This document shows, piece by piece, positions 48,073-58,257 of a DNA stretch of 64,000 nucleotides. The DNA lies in assembly GCA_963669175.1 (NCBI GenBank), contig OY769902.1, positions 5,120,001 through 5,184,000 of the forward strand, written 5' to 3'. Position 1 is the stretch's first letter; each line of letters starts with the position of its first letter. The position numbers and the translations under genes were made by a program. The DNA is from a bacterium. Lineage in GTDB: Bacteria; Electryoneota; Electryoneia; Electryoneales; Electryoneaceae. The notes below the pieces were generated by a model. It saw only the letters and a list, made by a program, of their open reading frames with translations. It was not told the DNA's origin and did no database searches.

Positions 48073-50333
48073 GTTTTCTCCTTAATTAATATTTTAAATG
48101 TTACGCCTTCTGTTTCGTTTTTCTTCACCGCAATTGATGCCGCCATACTCTCTACTATTCTCTTCACATGATACAAACCAACTCCTGACCCGTCTGTTGT
48201 TGTATAACCCATGTTATAAATATTTTTAATTTCCTCTTCTTTTATTCCCACTCCATCATCCTTAAATGATATTTCTATATCACCTTTTTCTGTTTTTTGT
48301 GTCTTTATTACCATCACCTTTGCTTTTGCTTTTCTAGCATTTGACACCATATTGTCAATTATAATGTTTATTTCTATTGGTTTTACTTCTATTTCGTACT
48401 TATCCTTATTGTCATCCACATACTTTATCCGCATTTTTTTATCATTTATTGTTGGTATTATATTTTGGACATATTCCTTAATATAATTATTAATATCGAT
48501 TATTGTTGCTTCTGTTTTCAAATTAAACCTTGCTTTTGTTGCAAATATGGCTATGTTTGATATTTTTTTTACCTCTAATCCTATGATGTCTATTATATTC
48601 CATAGTTCTTCATTACTTATTGGTATTTTTCTTTGTGTACGTAGTGATATTCCTTTTAATTTATTTTCTATTGTTCCTGCATAAATACCTACATGATGTA
48701 ACAGGCTAATCATTTCTTTGTAATCTGATGTATTTATTGATTTTAAAAATAAATTTTCAGATATTGTTGTTTTTAATTCTCTTGTCGCCTCTTGTGCTTT
48801 TTTCTCGGCTTCTTTTGCTAATCTGTCAGCCTCTTCCTTCGCCTTCCTCAAATATTCTACTTTTTCTATTGCTTTCTCAGTCACACCGAGTAAATTTTCA
48901 TCACCTATTTCTTTTGCTATTGCCTTTAAATTCTTTACTACACTATTAGCGCTATTTATTTGGCTTGCCTCAATAATATCGATAAAATTTTCAGGCACCT
49001 GAAAATCCACGATATTTTCTGAGTTTGTCAATGTCGCTAACAAATCTATTACTCTTGATGATAATGGTGTATTATTATCATCTTCTATACTGAAGCCCCA
49101 TTGTTGAACATCAACAACATACTTTTCAAGCATTTCTATTGCTTGGAATACAAATTTCGTAAGTTCATCATAATATTCATTCTTAATTAAGCCATCTCCC
49201 CTACTAGACGTTTCAACAAAATGATTATTGCCTGCTTCTGTTATCTCTACCCTACCTATTATTTCTCCTGTTCCAAGTCGGCTTCTTTGCTTTCTGCTTT
49301 TTCTTTTATCTATACCCATTGGATCACTATTGGGCTCACCATACGGATAGACCCTAAAACCGTTTTTGTAAAGAAATAAATTCCCATATAGTCTTGATGC
49401 CATACCCATCTGTTTTGTAAAAGTATATTTTGCCTTTCGACTAAGATAATAAAGAGTTATTTTAATATTATGCAATAATTCATATTCACTATGTTGCTTT
49501 ATTTTATATATTAATGTTCCCCCATCAACTAGAGTTGTCACAATAATATCATTATTGTTTTTTATTCTTGAACATATTTTCGTTGTTTTTAATCCTAATT
49601 GTTCAAATATGAAATTTTTTACCTTTCCGTTTACTTTATCCTTATAATCATCAAATTCATTATCTTTATCCAATTCATCTGAAACCCTTATTATTATGAT
49701 AAAATTCTCATCGTTATCATTTATTGGATTTATTAATTTAGAAAGCGAATCTTTGAGTTTTAATAATTTATCCCTAGACCATTTACTCCTTAATTCTGAT
49801 ATTTCCAGTACAGTACCATATGGCCGAGGATATTTTCTTGCTCCGTTTTCCATATACTCCACTGGAATATCCACAAATTCCTTTTGTGCATCCACTTCAA
49901 AGTTTTCCCAATTAGTACGTAATATTTGAGTTTTTGACGTACCTCTTTTTGTTGTTTCTAGATATAACTTCTTTCCTAATCGGTCACAAGAAAATCTACC
50001 AATACCTTTTGCTCCTGCAAAAGGTCTATTTGCAAATATATTATCTCGATAATCATAATTATTATCTTCTGTCCCATCTTTTTTTGCCGAATAAGCAACA
50101 AATAACCACTTCTTAGAAATATCTTCCCGACTCATTCCTTTACCATTATCACTTATAATAATTCTCGCTTTATTTGTATTTAAATATTTGAATTCTATAA
50201 TAACTTCGGAGGCATGAGCATCAAAGGAGTTTTTTACAAGCTCAAATATTGCAACATAATCATCTGTAATAAGATCACGCCCAATTATATCTTTTAAGGC
50301 TGAACTAATTCTATATTGAAGATTTTCACTCAC
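48069..50333 (-). CDS. MORC/MutL-like GHKL ATPase fused to a C-terminal histidine kinase
   Basis: N-terminal 'ELVKNSFDA', 'DNGKGM', 'GAKGIGRFS'; coiled coil; 'LLHHV', 'DNMVSNA', 'DDGVGI', 'GSGVGL'; GTG 50333 after GAGGAG. Confidence 0.88.
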   Translation of the reverse strand: MSENLQYRISSALKDIIGRDLITDDYVAIFELVKNSFDAHASEVIIEFKYLNTNKARIIISDNGKGMSREDISKKWLFVAYSAKKDGTEDNNYDYRDNIFANRPFAGAKGIGRFSCDRLGKKLYLETTKRGTSKTQILRTNWENFEVDAQKEFVDIPVEYMENGARKYPRPYGTVLEISELRSKWSRDKLLKLKDSLSKLINPINDNDENFIIIIRVSDELDKDNEFDDYKDKVNGKVKNFIFEQLGLKTTKICSRIKNNNDIIVTTLVDGGTLIYKIKQHSEYELLHNIKITLYYLSRKAKYTFTKQMGMASRLYGNLFLYKNGFRVYPYGEPNSDPMGIDKRKSRKQRSRLGTGEIIGRVEITEAGNNHFVETSSRGDGLIKNEYYDELTKFVFQAIEMLEKYVVDVQQWGFSIEDDNNTPLSSRVIDLLATLTNSENIVDFQVPENFIDIIEASQINSANSVVKNLKAIAKEIGDENLLGVTEKAIEKVEYLRKAKEEADRLAKEAEKKAQEATRELKTTISENLFLKSINTSDYKEMISLLHHVGIYAGTIENKLKGISLRTQRKIPISNEELWNIIDIIGLEVKKISNIAIFATKARFNLKTEATIIDINNYIKEYVQNIIPTINDKKMRIKYVDDNKDKYEIEVKPIEINIIIDNMVSNARKAKAKVMVIKTQKTEKGDIEISFKDDGVGIKEEEIKNIYNMGYTTTDGSGVGLYHVKRIVESMAASIAVKKNETEGVTFKILIKEKT

Positions 50334-51561
50334 AGAAACACTCCTCAAATATTATGCCACTTTGTTCAGCAAATAAAGGCGGAATTGCATTCCCTACTTG
50401 AGAATACCTTGGAACTGACATTTTCCTATTTTCTCCGCCAGTAGTGTATGTGCCCTTAAATTCATACCAATCGTTAAAAGATTGAATACGTGCATGCTCA
50501 CGAACTGTTAATATCCGCGGCTCTGAATAATGTATATAATCATCCGGCAATGTCGTTATCGTTGGCGCTTGACAATTTCTTGCAAGCGGAATGATTGTAT
50601 GTTTCTTAATATTGAGTTTTTCTTTTAATCTCCTTGATACAGTTCTATTTTTTTCAGCCTCAAGAAGGATGAGTTTAAGTTTTCTTACGGTATTAGGTCT
50701 ATGCTGCGCAAAACGATGACTATCAGGAATGATATTATCATAATCATGCCGTAATAATTTCTGATAATTACTAGAAGGTAAATTATATAATCCAGCATAA
50801 AAAGATTTTGAATCTGGACAACTTACAATATTTTGTTTCACTAGATCCGATATTGCATCTTGAAGTGTGTTTCTGACACCAATATTCTTACCTTCTAAGA
50901 AAGAATATTTGTTCTCCTCCAATAGCTCAAAAAATGAGGCTGGCGAGTAGTTAATTTTCCTATCCTTTCTAACGCCAACTAAAATAAATCTTGTCCTTTT
51001 CTGTGGGATTCCAAATTCCGAAAAGTTTACTAATTTTCCATATACTTCATAACCAAAATAACCATGCTTTGGGGAACTACGTGCAAGCAACTTTTGGACA
51101 TATTCGGAATATATCCGACCTTTTAATTTGTTTTTATCAAATTTTAACGTAAATCCTCTTACATTCTCAAAGAATATTACTTTTGGCTGAACAAGTCTAA
51201 TAAATTTAATGTAAGAGTGAATCAATTGATTTCTTTTATCACTTTCATCGCGCCGTCCTGCTGTGGAAAATCCTTGGCAAGGTGGGCCTCCAGCAACTAA
51301 ATCAATTTTCCCACGCAATTCCCGTAACTCACTAGAAAAATGTGATATAACATAGTTAATGTCAAGCGATGTTTGTGGCAGCCAATCTGGCCAAATGAAA
51401 TGATTTCGTCGTTCTATTAAATTGAACCTGAGGGTTTCAAATGCTTCAGCATTTTTTTCAAGCGCAAAAACACCATCCCATCGACCTGTGTTATACAGCC
51501 CTAAGGATAATCCCCCACAACCTGCAAAAAGGTCTATGTACTTTGGTTTGAATTTTGTCAT
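50326..51561 (-). CDS. DNA (cytosine-5) methyltransferase
   Basis: Motifs I 'DLFAGCGG', IV 'GGPPCQGFS', VI 'ENV', VIII 'QKRTR', IX 'REHARIQSF', X 'GNAIP'. Confidence 0.96.
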   Translation of the reverse strand: MTKFKPKYIDLFAGCGGLSLGLYNTGRWDGVFALEKNAEAFETLRFNLIERRNHFIWPDWLPQTSLDINYVISHFSSELRELRGKIDLVAGGPPCQGFSTAGRRDESDKRNQLIHSYIKFIRLVQPKVIFFENVRGFTLKFDKNKLKGRIYSEYVQKLLARSSPKHGYFGYEVYGKLVNFSEFGIPQKRTRFILVGVRKDRKINYSPASFFELLEENKYSFLEGKNIGVRNTLQDAISDLVKQNIVSCPDSKSFYAGLYNLPSSNYQKLLRHDYDNIIPDSHRFAQHRPNTVRKLKLILLEAEKNRTVSRRLKEKLNIKKHTIIPLARNCQAPTITTLPDDYIHYSEPRILTVREHARIQSFNDWYEFKGTYTTGGENRKMSVPRYSQVGNAIPPLFAEQSGIIFEECFCE

Positions 51562-51637
51562 CGCGAAGGCACTATGTTAAGCTTCTTTGTTGATCATCCC
51601 CTTAAACTATTAATAATACAGACAATAAGCACACCAT

Positions 51638-51663
51638 ACAATTCTTCAAATTTGAAGAATTGT
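51638..51663. promoter_or_regulatory. Perfect 26-bp palindrome upstream of the methyltransferase operon
   Basis: ACAATTCTTCAAA|TTTGAAGAATTGT. Confidence 0.6.
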
Positions 51664-51915
51664 TAAAACATGAAGGTTTCGCTGATCAAATTATGACATT
51701 TTCAAGATTCCTGTATTTTCCTTCCGCGAAGCAATATACAGGTTACTGCTATATTATACAATATGGATAAGTAAAAAATACTTTGAAACACCTTCTGTAG
51801 CTCCTAAACTGAATATTTTGTCCGAGTCATTACAATACTTCTACCCTTGCCTTGGTGATAATTCCAAGATAATCCTGCCTCAGAATTAGCAATTCTAAAT
51901 GTGTGTTATAAACGA

Positions 51916-51950
51916 AAACCGGGACAGCCCCAAAGGGACAGTCCCGTTTT
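51916..51950. terminator. Terminator hairpin after the DUF3078 gene
   Basis: AAAACCGGGAC..GTCCCGTTTT. Confidence 0.65.
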
Positions 51951-51974
51951 CTTTGTCAAATACAACCCGCCAAA

Positions 51975-52862
51975 TCAGAAACTATAGGTAAACCCGAGCG
52001 AAACGGTTTCCTTGAAGCGTCCGGCCAGGTCGATTTCCTTGTCGTACAGCCACTTGGCGTACAGGTTCACCATAATGTATTTGGTCACGTTCATGGTGAA
52101 GGTCGACTCCAGGCTCATGTCCACTTCTTTCCAGTAGCTGTTCGCGGCGTCGTCTTCCTCGGAATAGTAGAAGGCTTTGTACACGATCAGCTTGCTGTCC
52201 ATTTTGATTTTTTCCGGGACAATCGGCGTGGTCATTTCGGACACGTATTCAAGGCCGGAATCGTTGCCGGTCCACCTGCCACGTTTGCCGGTAGTTTCAT
52301 CCATCAGGAAATTATGGTCCACGTGCTGACGGAAGCCCAGGCCAAGACGATGAATCCAGGTACGGCCTTCCTTGTTCAGCCAAACATCACGCGCAATACC
52401 AACCGCTTCCGAGTAAGTCACCGGGTTGACATAAATGTCTTCTTCACCACGCGAGTCCACAAACTGCGTCAGGATACGTCCACTGACAAACGGATCGACT
52501 ACCCAACCGTGGGTCAAGCGTAAAACCGACTCAAAGTCGATCAGGTCATCCGACTTGATCGGTTCGGACCAGTTGCGTTCTTCGATCGTCTGGTTCTGGG
52601 TCTGTCCGAATTTCAGCTTTAAAGTGTTGCGTGAATTGAACAGCTCGCTGAGTTGCTTCTCGGCAATGCTGTTCAGGGTGAAGGTCCAGGCAAATGACCC
52701 GGCCTCGTCGGTGTCCCAGTTGTCTGAATAGGCGTTCTGGGTCTGTGTCAGGTTAATGTCCGTAGCGAGCTGCCAGCCACCGGGATTGGTGTCCTGGGCG
52801 CTGCTGATAATCGGGAATACAAATGCAAACAAAAGAACGAAAAAGAGTACCGTGCGCTTCAT
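51975..52862 (-). CDS. DUF3078-like outer-membrane beta-barrel protein
   Basis: Signal peptide, 'QNAYSDNW', 'KSDDLID', C-terminal 'LGFTYSF'. Confidence 0.8.
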   Translation of the reverse strand: MKRTVLFFVLLFAFVFPIISSAQDTNPGGWQLATDINLTQTQNAYSDNWDTDEAGSFAWTFTLNSIAEKQLSELFNSRNTLKLKFGQTQNQTIEERNWSEPIKSDDLIDFESVLRLTHGWVVDPFVSGRILTQFVDSRGEEDIYVNPVTYSEAVGIARDVWLNKEGRTWIHRLGLGFRQHVDHNFLMDETTGKRGRWTGNDSGLEYVSEMTTPIVPEKIKMDSKLIVYKAFYYSEEDDAANSYWKEVDMSLESTFTMNVTKYIMVNLYAKWLYDKEIDLAGRFKETVSLGFTYSF

Positions 52863-52979
52863 GTCTCCCCCTGAATTGGAAATGTTCGATGCGCCAATAT
52901 AGGCTTGTAATACTGACAGGTCAGGTGACAAATCGCAAAGGTGGGGGTTCCGGGAGGTTGAATACCGACTGCACGCAGT

Positions 52980-53306
52980 TGGCCCCGCCGGCTTGAAGCA
53001 CGCTGAAGCGAAGCGGAAGCGGCTGCCCGGCGGGGTTTATTGTACTTCAAGAGTGCAGTCCTTCGGTTTTGTAGCCCGGACCGCCCTCGGTCCGGGTAGC
53101 AAGATCCCCGACAGCAAGCAGTCGGGCCAAACGGCCTTGGCCCCGCCGGCTTGAAGCATGCTGTAGCGAAGCGGAAGCGGCTGCCCGGCGGGGTTTATTC
53201 TTAATGAATAAGCGAGTTCAGTCCTTCTGTTTTATACCCCACTGATGATCCCAGCCCCTGACAACTGCATTCAGGAACAGGCTCTTCGTGAGCAGTCGGG
53301 CCAAGC
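52980..53306. repeat. REP cluster: two ~60-bp direct repeats, a GTAG-REP and a CAGCAAGCAG-REP
   Basis: GGCCCCGCCGGCTTGAAGCA..GCTGCCCGGCGGGGTTTATT at 52981 and 53139; GTAGCCCGGACCGCCCTCGGTCCGGG at 53071. Confidence 0.85.
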
Positions 53307-53434
53307 GGATACTGGTCAAGAGCGCATACAGGCCATGCAAGGCAAGTATTGTCTGTGTACATGCGAAACCCGGGTGCAAGCACCCGGGCCACCCATCAAA
53401 GCTACACGGTTCGAAACAGTATTACTTGAATCCG

Positions 53435-54349
53435 CTATTTACTTTTCTCCAGCGGAATCTGGATTTCAACCACCATCTGATCCGGGGGTGTTTCATCAGG
53501 CTTGGTGTGATAGATTTCGAGACTTGGCGCATCTTTGGTCTCGTACCCACTTGTCGGCAACCAATCACGCATCAGGGCGATATAGGTATCATTCAATCCC
53601 TCCAGGCTGCCACGATGCAGGTAGCTGGCATAGATCCCCGCGGGTATGGTCTGGATATCCACACCCGGTCCCGGTTCGACATCCGCATCTCCCAGGGTGA
53701 TACAGGCATCATAGCGCAGGTTCTCCGCAGGGGTCACTTCGGGGTCGTCATAGCTCAACCCGAAAAACTGCGGTCCTTTGGCCAGCAATCCTGCCGGACC
53801 TGCCCACCCGCAGAGTGTTTCCCATGCCGCATGACAATTCTCGTAGGGACCGATATGCCTGACCGATGCGATCTTTGTTTCTGTACGTTCGATGATTTTC
53901 ACATCCATGATCCTGCCCTCCTTTTGCGGCGTGAATACCTCGATCCAGCCGTTTTCACTGTAATGAATGTCGGAGGGAGCGTAAGCTTTCGGGACAAACC
54001 GATGTTCTTTGCGGTACGCGCTGGGCGTCTGCTGAAAGGCTGCCCTGAAGGCTCGTGAAAACGCTTCATGGGTCTCGTACCCGGCATCGAACGCGATATG
54101 GCTGATCGGCTTCTCAGTGGATTTCAACTGGTAAGCGGCACGTTCCAGCCGTAACCGACGCACGTGCTCCAGAACCGGTTCCCCGACCATCCCCTTGAAC
54201 AGGCGATGGAAATAAAACGGGGATACATTCGCCACTTCCGCAAGCGTTTCCAGCGACAAAGCTTCGTCCAGGTGCTGCTGGATGTACAGCAACACGCGCA
54301 TCACTCTTCGGTTGTAGTCGTAGCCTTGCATGGGTTGTCCGTTGCTCAT
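53435..54349 (-). CDS. AraC family regulator with GyrI-like effector domain
   Basis: 'SPFYFHRLF', 'GYETHEAFSRAF', 'HIGPY', 'LRYDAC'. Confidence 0.93.
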   Translation of the reverse strand: MSNGQPMQGYDYNRRVMRVLLYIQQHLDEALSLETLAEVANVSPFYFHRLFKGMVGEPVLEHVRRLRLERAAYQLKSTEKPISHIAFDAGYETHEAFSRAFRAAFQQTPSAYRKEHRFVPKAYAPSDIHYSENGWIEVFTPQKEGRIMDVKIIERTETKIASVRHIGPYENCHAAWETLCGWAGPAGLLAKGPQFFGLSYDDPEVTPAENLRYDACITLGDADVEPGPGVDIQTIPAGIYASYLHRGSLEGLNDTYIALMRDWLPTSGYETKDAPSLEIYHTKPDETPPDQMVVEIQIPLEKSK

Positions 54350-54559
54350 CACTCCTCCTCTTGCCTGCACCAAGGTCAGGAATCAGGGATGATAGTGCTT
54401 GACATGTTTTGCGGAAAACTTATCCGATCTTGCTATTTTGGGAAGATAACGAATTCGACTGTCTTTCCAATTCCATTTCTTCACTTTTATCGTAATGGCA
54501 ATCTCAGTATCTTGCTTTCCGCCAGCGAACGATTATCGGTAATCAATTTTGGATCACTC

Positions 54560-55777
54560 ATGCGGAAGCGGAACATTCTTTTTGTACTGAACGACACCCA
54601 GGGTGGCGCAACATTAAGCGCACGTGATGTGATAAGAGCGCTTCGGAGCACTGGACGCTATCGAGTATTTGTCGTAGTTTCGGATACTCGTACCGACGCG
54701 AAGCGGGAACAGTGGGACCATATTCTACAGGAGGTGGATGGCGGGAAACGTCTGTTCTTGCCATGGTGGTCATTGGAGTATCGTTTATCAGCCACGCGTT
54801 GCACCTTGCGCTACATCAACACCTTGCGGTCCACCCGTTTCCACTGGATTCCGATCCATAATATTGTTCACCTGATCGAGAAATGGAAGATTGACATTGT
54901 TCATACCAATACTTCCCTGAATATACAGGGCGCAATTGCCGCCAGGATAACCGGCAAGCCTCATCTCTGGCACATTCGTGAGGTCATCGGCCCTGACCGT
55001 CTGTTCCGATTCCCGCCCCCATTCTCATTGATCAAGAAGATATTTTATGGCCTGTCAACCCGGGTTGTTTTCAATTCGAAGGAAAGCGCTTCAGCGTTAG
55101 ACGGTCCTTCTCATAAGAAAGCTATTGTATTACCCAATGCGATCCCGCTCGAATCATTTGTTGATCCTGACGCACGGAAACGCGGGCTGGCGTTCCGCCG
55201 AAAACTGGGCTTGAATGATGACAATATCATGGTTGGCATGATCGCGAACCTGACCTCGCCCAAGCACCAGGATTTGTTCATCCAGGCAGCGGAAACACTG
55301 GCCGCTCAAAACAGCAACACCCGATTTGTCATCATCGGTGCGATACCGGAGCCGACGACAGCACATGCCCAGGAAATCCTGAACCTGGTCGCGAAATCAC
55401 AGGTCCGGGATCAGATTATCCTGGCAGGATTTCAGGAAGATGTTCCGGCAGTGGTGCATGCCATGGACATTATGCTGCATACATCCATTGATGAGAGTTT
55501 CGGACGAGTGATCATTGAAGCAATGGCGGCAGGTAAACCTGTTGTCTGTTTCCGTTCCGGCGGTCCTCAGCACATCGTGCAACATGGGATAACAGGCTAC
55601 ATGGCAGAGACCGGGAAGGTTGAGCAGTTGGTATCCTTCACTGAAGAACTGATCCAATCAGCCCCAAAGCGTAAAGAGATGGGGCAGGCCGGGTTCCGTC
55701 TGGCACAGCAGGAATATTCTATGACAACCTTTATGGAGAAACTTGAAACGCTCTATAATGACGTGATCGAAGGCTGA
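54560..55777 (+). CDS. Glycosyltransferase family 4
   Basis: 'DIVHTNT', 'WHIRE', 'ESFGRVIIEAMAAGKPVV'; start moved to ATG 54560. Confidence 0.92.
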   Translation: MRKRNILFVLNDTQGGATLSARDVIRALRSTGRYRVFVVVSDTRTDAKREQWDHILQEVDGGKRLFLPWWSLEYRLSATRCTLRYINTLRSTRFHWIPIHNIVHLIEKWKIDIVHTNTSLNIQGAIAARITGKPHLWHIREVIGPDRLFRFPPPFSLIKKIFYGLSTRVVFNSKESASALDGPSHKKAIVLPNAIPLESFVDPDARKRGLAFRRKLGLNDDNIMVGMIANLTSPKHQDLFIQAAETLAAQNSNTRFVIIGAIPEPTTAHAQEILNLVAKSQVRDQIILAGFQEDVPAVVHAMDIMLHTSIDESFGRVIIEAMAAGKPVVCFRSGGPQHIVQHGITGYMAETGKVEQLVSFTEELIQSAPKRKEMGQAGFRLAQQEYSMTTFMEKLETLYNDVIEG

Positions 55778-58204
55778 TTATCTTTTGATGACCGTAACCC
55801 CATCTCCCCCTTCACCGGGTTCACCGTCACGGAATGCCCATACACTGCCACTGCGACGCAAGTGTTGACGAACCAGGCTTCTCAGAGCGCCGGTTCCTTT
55901 CCCGTGAACGATACGTGCGAACGACATTCCGGCCAGTTCCAACGCTTCGAGATAACGTCCCAGCTCTTCTTCCGCTTCTTCGTAGCGTTTGCCTCGTAAA
56001 TCCAGTTCCATTGAGACCGGCTCATCATCCGCAGGCTGAAGCACGACTTGTACGCCGCCGCCCTTTGGCTTCTCTCCCTGTATCGGCGTCATTTGCTCAA
56101 GCGGCATCCACAACTTTATAGAACCGACAGCGACTTGTGCACGATTCCCCTGCAAGGCCAGCACTTCACCCTTCTCGCCATTTTCCAGCTTTACCCGGCT
56201 TCCCACTTTCACCGGCTCTGGCAGATCTGGCTTTACCGGCTTTTTCGCAACCGGTTTTTGTGCCTTCTCTTTCTTAGGCTTCATTTTCGGTTGAACCGGC
56301 CGTTTTTTCGGGGCCATTCCAGCACGAATGGACTCAACAACTTCCTTCTGAGTATCTACCAGCTCATGCGCCTTTTTGATCGCTTCTTTGGAGGCCTGGT
56401 TCTCACGGATTTCTTTCACCGCCTTTTCGATCGTGCGGTTCGCCTCTTTCAGGATGATATCCGCTTCACGAGCCGCTTCACCCGCGAGCTGCTTTTTGTC
56501 CCTGTCAAGAACATCCAGGCGTTCCCGTAGCAACCGTTCCAATCCGGCCGTGCGTGTCGATTTAATTTCCAGCGAACGCTGTAATTCTTCCGTCTTCTCA
56601 AGACGACCGGAAAGCTCCTCAATCAGGTCTTCCATCTTCAAGCGTTCCTGGCCTAACAGGTCACGCGAACGCCGGATAATCTTTGCCGGAAGGCCGACCC
56701 GGTCAGCGATCTCAAGCGCATAGGAGGAACCGGGTGTGTCCGCCTGAAAACGGTAGGTCGGACATAACTTCTCACGGTCGAACTGCATGGAACCGTTTCG
56801 AACACCTTTGTTCTTATGCGCGAACAGCTTCAGCTCACCCATATGAGTGGTTACTACCGCCCACCAGCGTTTACGGACGATTTCCTCCAGGTACGCCATA
56901 GCCAGTACGGAGCCTTCTGTTGGGTCCGTGCCGGCGGCAATCTCATCGATCAGGATCAGCTTCGATTCGCCGGTGTCGGCGAATACTTCGTTCAAGCGGG
57001 TGAGGTGCCCGGAAAAAGACGAGAGGTCGCTTTCCAGCGATTGATCATCACCGATGATCACATGCCATGCATCAATCGGCGGTATGGATGTATCAGCCCC
57101 CACTGGTGGAATGATTCCCGCATGCGCCATCATGGTGATCAGGCCGAGTGTCTTTAAGGCTACCGTCTTGCCGCCTGCGTTCGGCCCCGTTATAATCAGG
57201 GTTCGGCTGTTCGATTCGAGCTGCATGTTCAACGGGATGGTGGCCTTCAGCCCTTTCCGGTTCAGCAGCAGTGGATGTCGCGCCTCCACCAGCTTCAGGT
57301 CGCCTCCCCCCAGAACGGGCTTGAAGGCGCCGCATTTCTCAGCATAGACAGCACGCGCCTGCAAGCTGTCCAATTCCGCCACGGTAGCCATCGTGGTCCG
57401 GATGTCCGCCAAGCGTTCACGGACCTGATCGGTGAGTTCAGTCAGAATCCGTCGCTCTTCCTGTAATTCTTCTTCCATCAGGCGGCGAATCTCATTGGCT
57501 ACTTCAACCAATTCATCGGGCTCGATATATACTGTACCACCGCTGGCCGAATGGCTGTAGACAATTCCCCGGATCTTGGACCGATAACTGGATTTCACCG
57601 CAAGCACAAAACGGTCATCTTCTACCGTATACCCGATATCCAACAAGTAGCCCAGACCGCTGAACTTTTTCAGCAAGTCGTCCAGTTTTCTCCGGTTCTT
57701 CTGATGAGACGACCGTAGAGAATGCCGGATCTCACGCAGTTTGGTGGAAGCATTATCCTTTACTATCGCTGAATCGGAATCAATCTTTGCATGTATTTCG
57801 GACACCAGTTCAGGCGCATCGATAAGCCGTTCAGCCAGGTGAGTCAAAGAAGCGAGCAGTTCATCTTCTTCCAGGATATGCCTTCTCAGCTTTATCGCCC
57901 CGCGAATCACACCGGCAATATCAAGCAGCTCACCCGGTTGCAGAAACGAGCCGGGAATGCGACACTGTTTGACTGGTTTGGTCACGTCCCGGATGCCTTC
58001 GAAAACGAGTCCCTTGTCGCGCTGTAACGCGATCATCAAGTCCTGGATGCGCTGGAATTCACGTTCCTGCAAGTCTTGAAGGGGGCGTGGTTCGAGAGCG
58101 AGGATGTCCTGACGGCCATAATCTGTAAAGGCATGGCTGCTGATTATCTCGAGAACGGACTGAAAATTCAGTGCCTGAAGCGGTTGGTGGTGACGTGTAT
58201 CCAT
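55778..58204 (-). CDS. mutS2: MutS2 (ATPase + KOW + Smr)
   Basis: 'ITGPNAGGKT', 'DEIAAGTDP', 'TTH', Smr 'LDLRG..IVHGKGTGALR'. Confidence 0.95.
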   Translation of the reverse strand: MDTRHHQPLQALNFQSVLEIISSHAFTDYGRQDILALEPRPLQDLQEREFQRIQDLMIALQRDKGLVFEGIRDVTKPVKQCRIPGSFLQPGELLDIAGVIRGAIKLRRHILEEDELLASLTHLAERLIDAPELVSEIHAKIDSDSAIVKDNASTKLREIRHSLRSSHQKNRRKLDDLLKKFSGLGYLLDIGYTVEDDRFVLAVKSSYRSKIRGIVYSHSASGGTVYIEPDELVEVANEIRRLMEEELQEERRILTELTDQVRERLADIRTTMATVAELDSLQARAVYAEKCGAFKPVLGGGDLKLVEARHPLLLNRKGLKATIPLNMQLESNSRTLIITGPNAGGKTVALKTLGLITMMAHAGIIPPVGADTSIPPIDAWHVIIGDDQSLESDLSSFSGHLTRLNEVFADTGESKLILIDEIAAGTDPTEGSVLAMAYLEEIVRKRWWAVVTTHMGELKLFAHKNKGVRNGSMQFDREKLCPTYRFQADTPGSSYALEIADRVGLPAKIIRRSRDLLGQERLKMEDLIEELSGRLEKTEELQRSLEIKSTRTAGLERLLRERLDVLDRDKKQLAGEAAREADIILKEANRTIEKAVKEIRENQASKEAIKKAHELVDTQKEVVESIRAGMAPKKRPVQPKMKPKKEKAQKPVAKKPVKPDLPEPVKVGSRVKLENGEKGEVLALQGNRAQVAVGSIKLWMPLEQMTPIQGEKPKGGGVQVVLQPADDEPVSMELDLRGKRYEEAEEELGRYLEALELAGMSFARIVHGKGTGALRSLVRQHLRRSGSVWAFRDGEPGEGGDGVTVIKR

Positions 58205-58257
58205 ATCGGTAACATCGAAAAACGACTGTTTTCTACCTCAACTTTACTGGTTTGCTG

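Noticed and set aside
47660-51915. att sites or transposon ends around the methyltransferase island
   Set aside because: No direct or inverted repeat was visible at the GC transitions; the insertion mechanism is unresolved
54164-54559. N-terminal extension of the glycosyltransferase, and long antisense ORFs elsewhere (e.g. 11135-12031, 41279-42292, 53288-54058)
   Set aside because: Shadow frames of well-supported genes on the opposite strand
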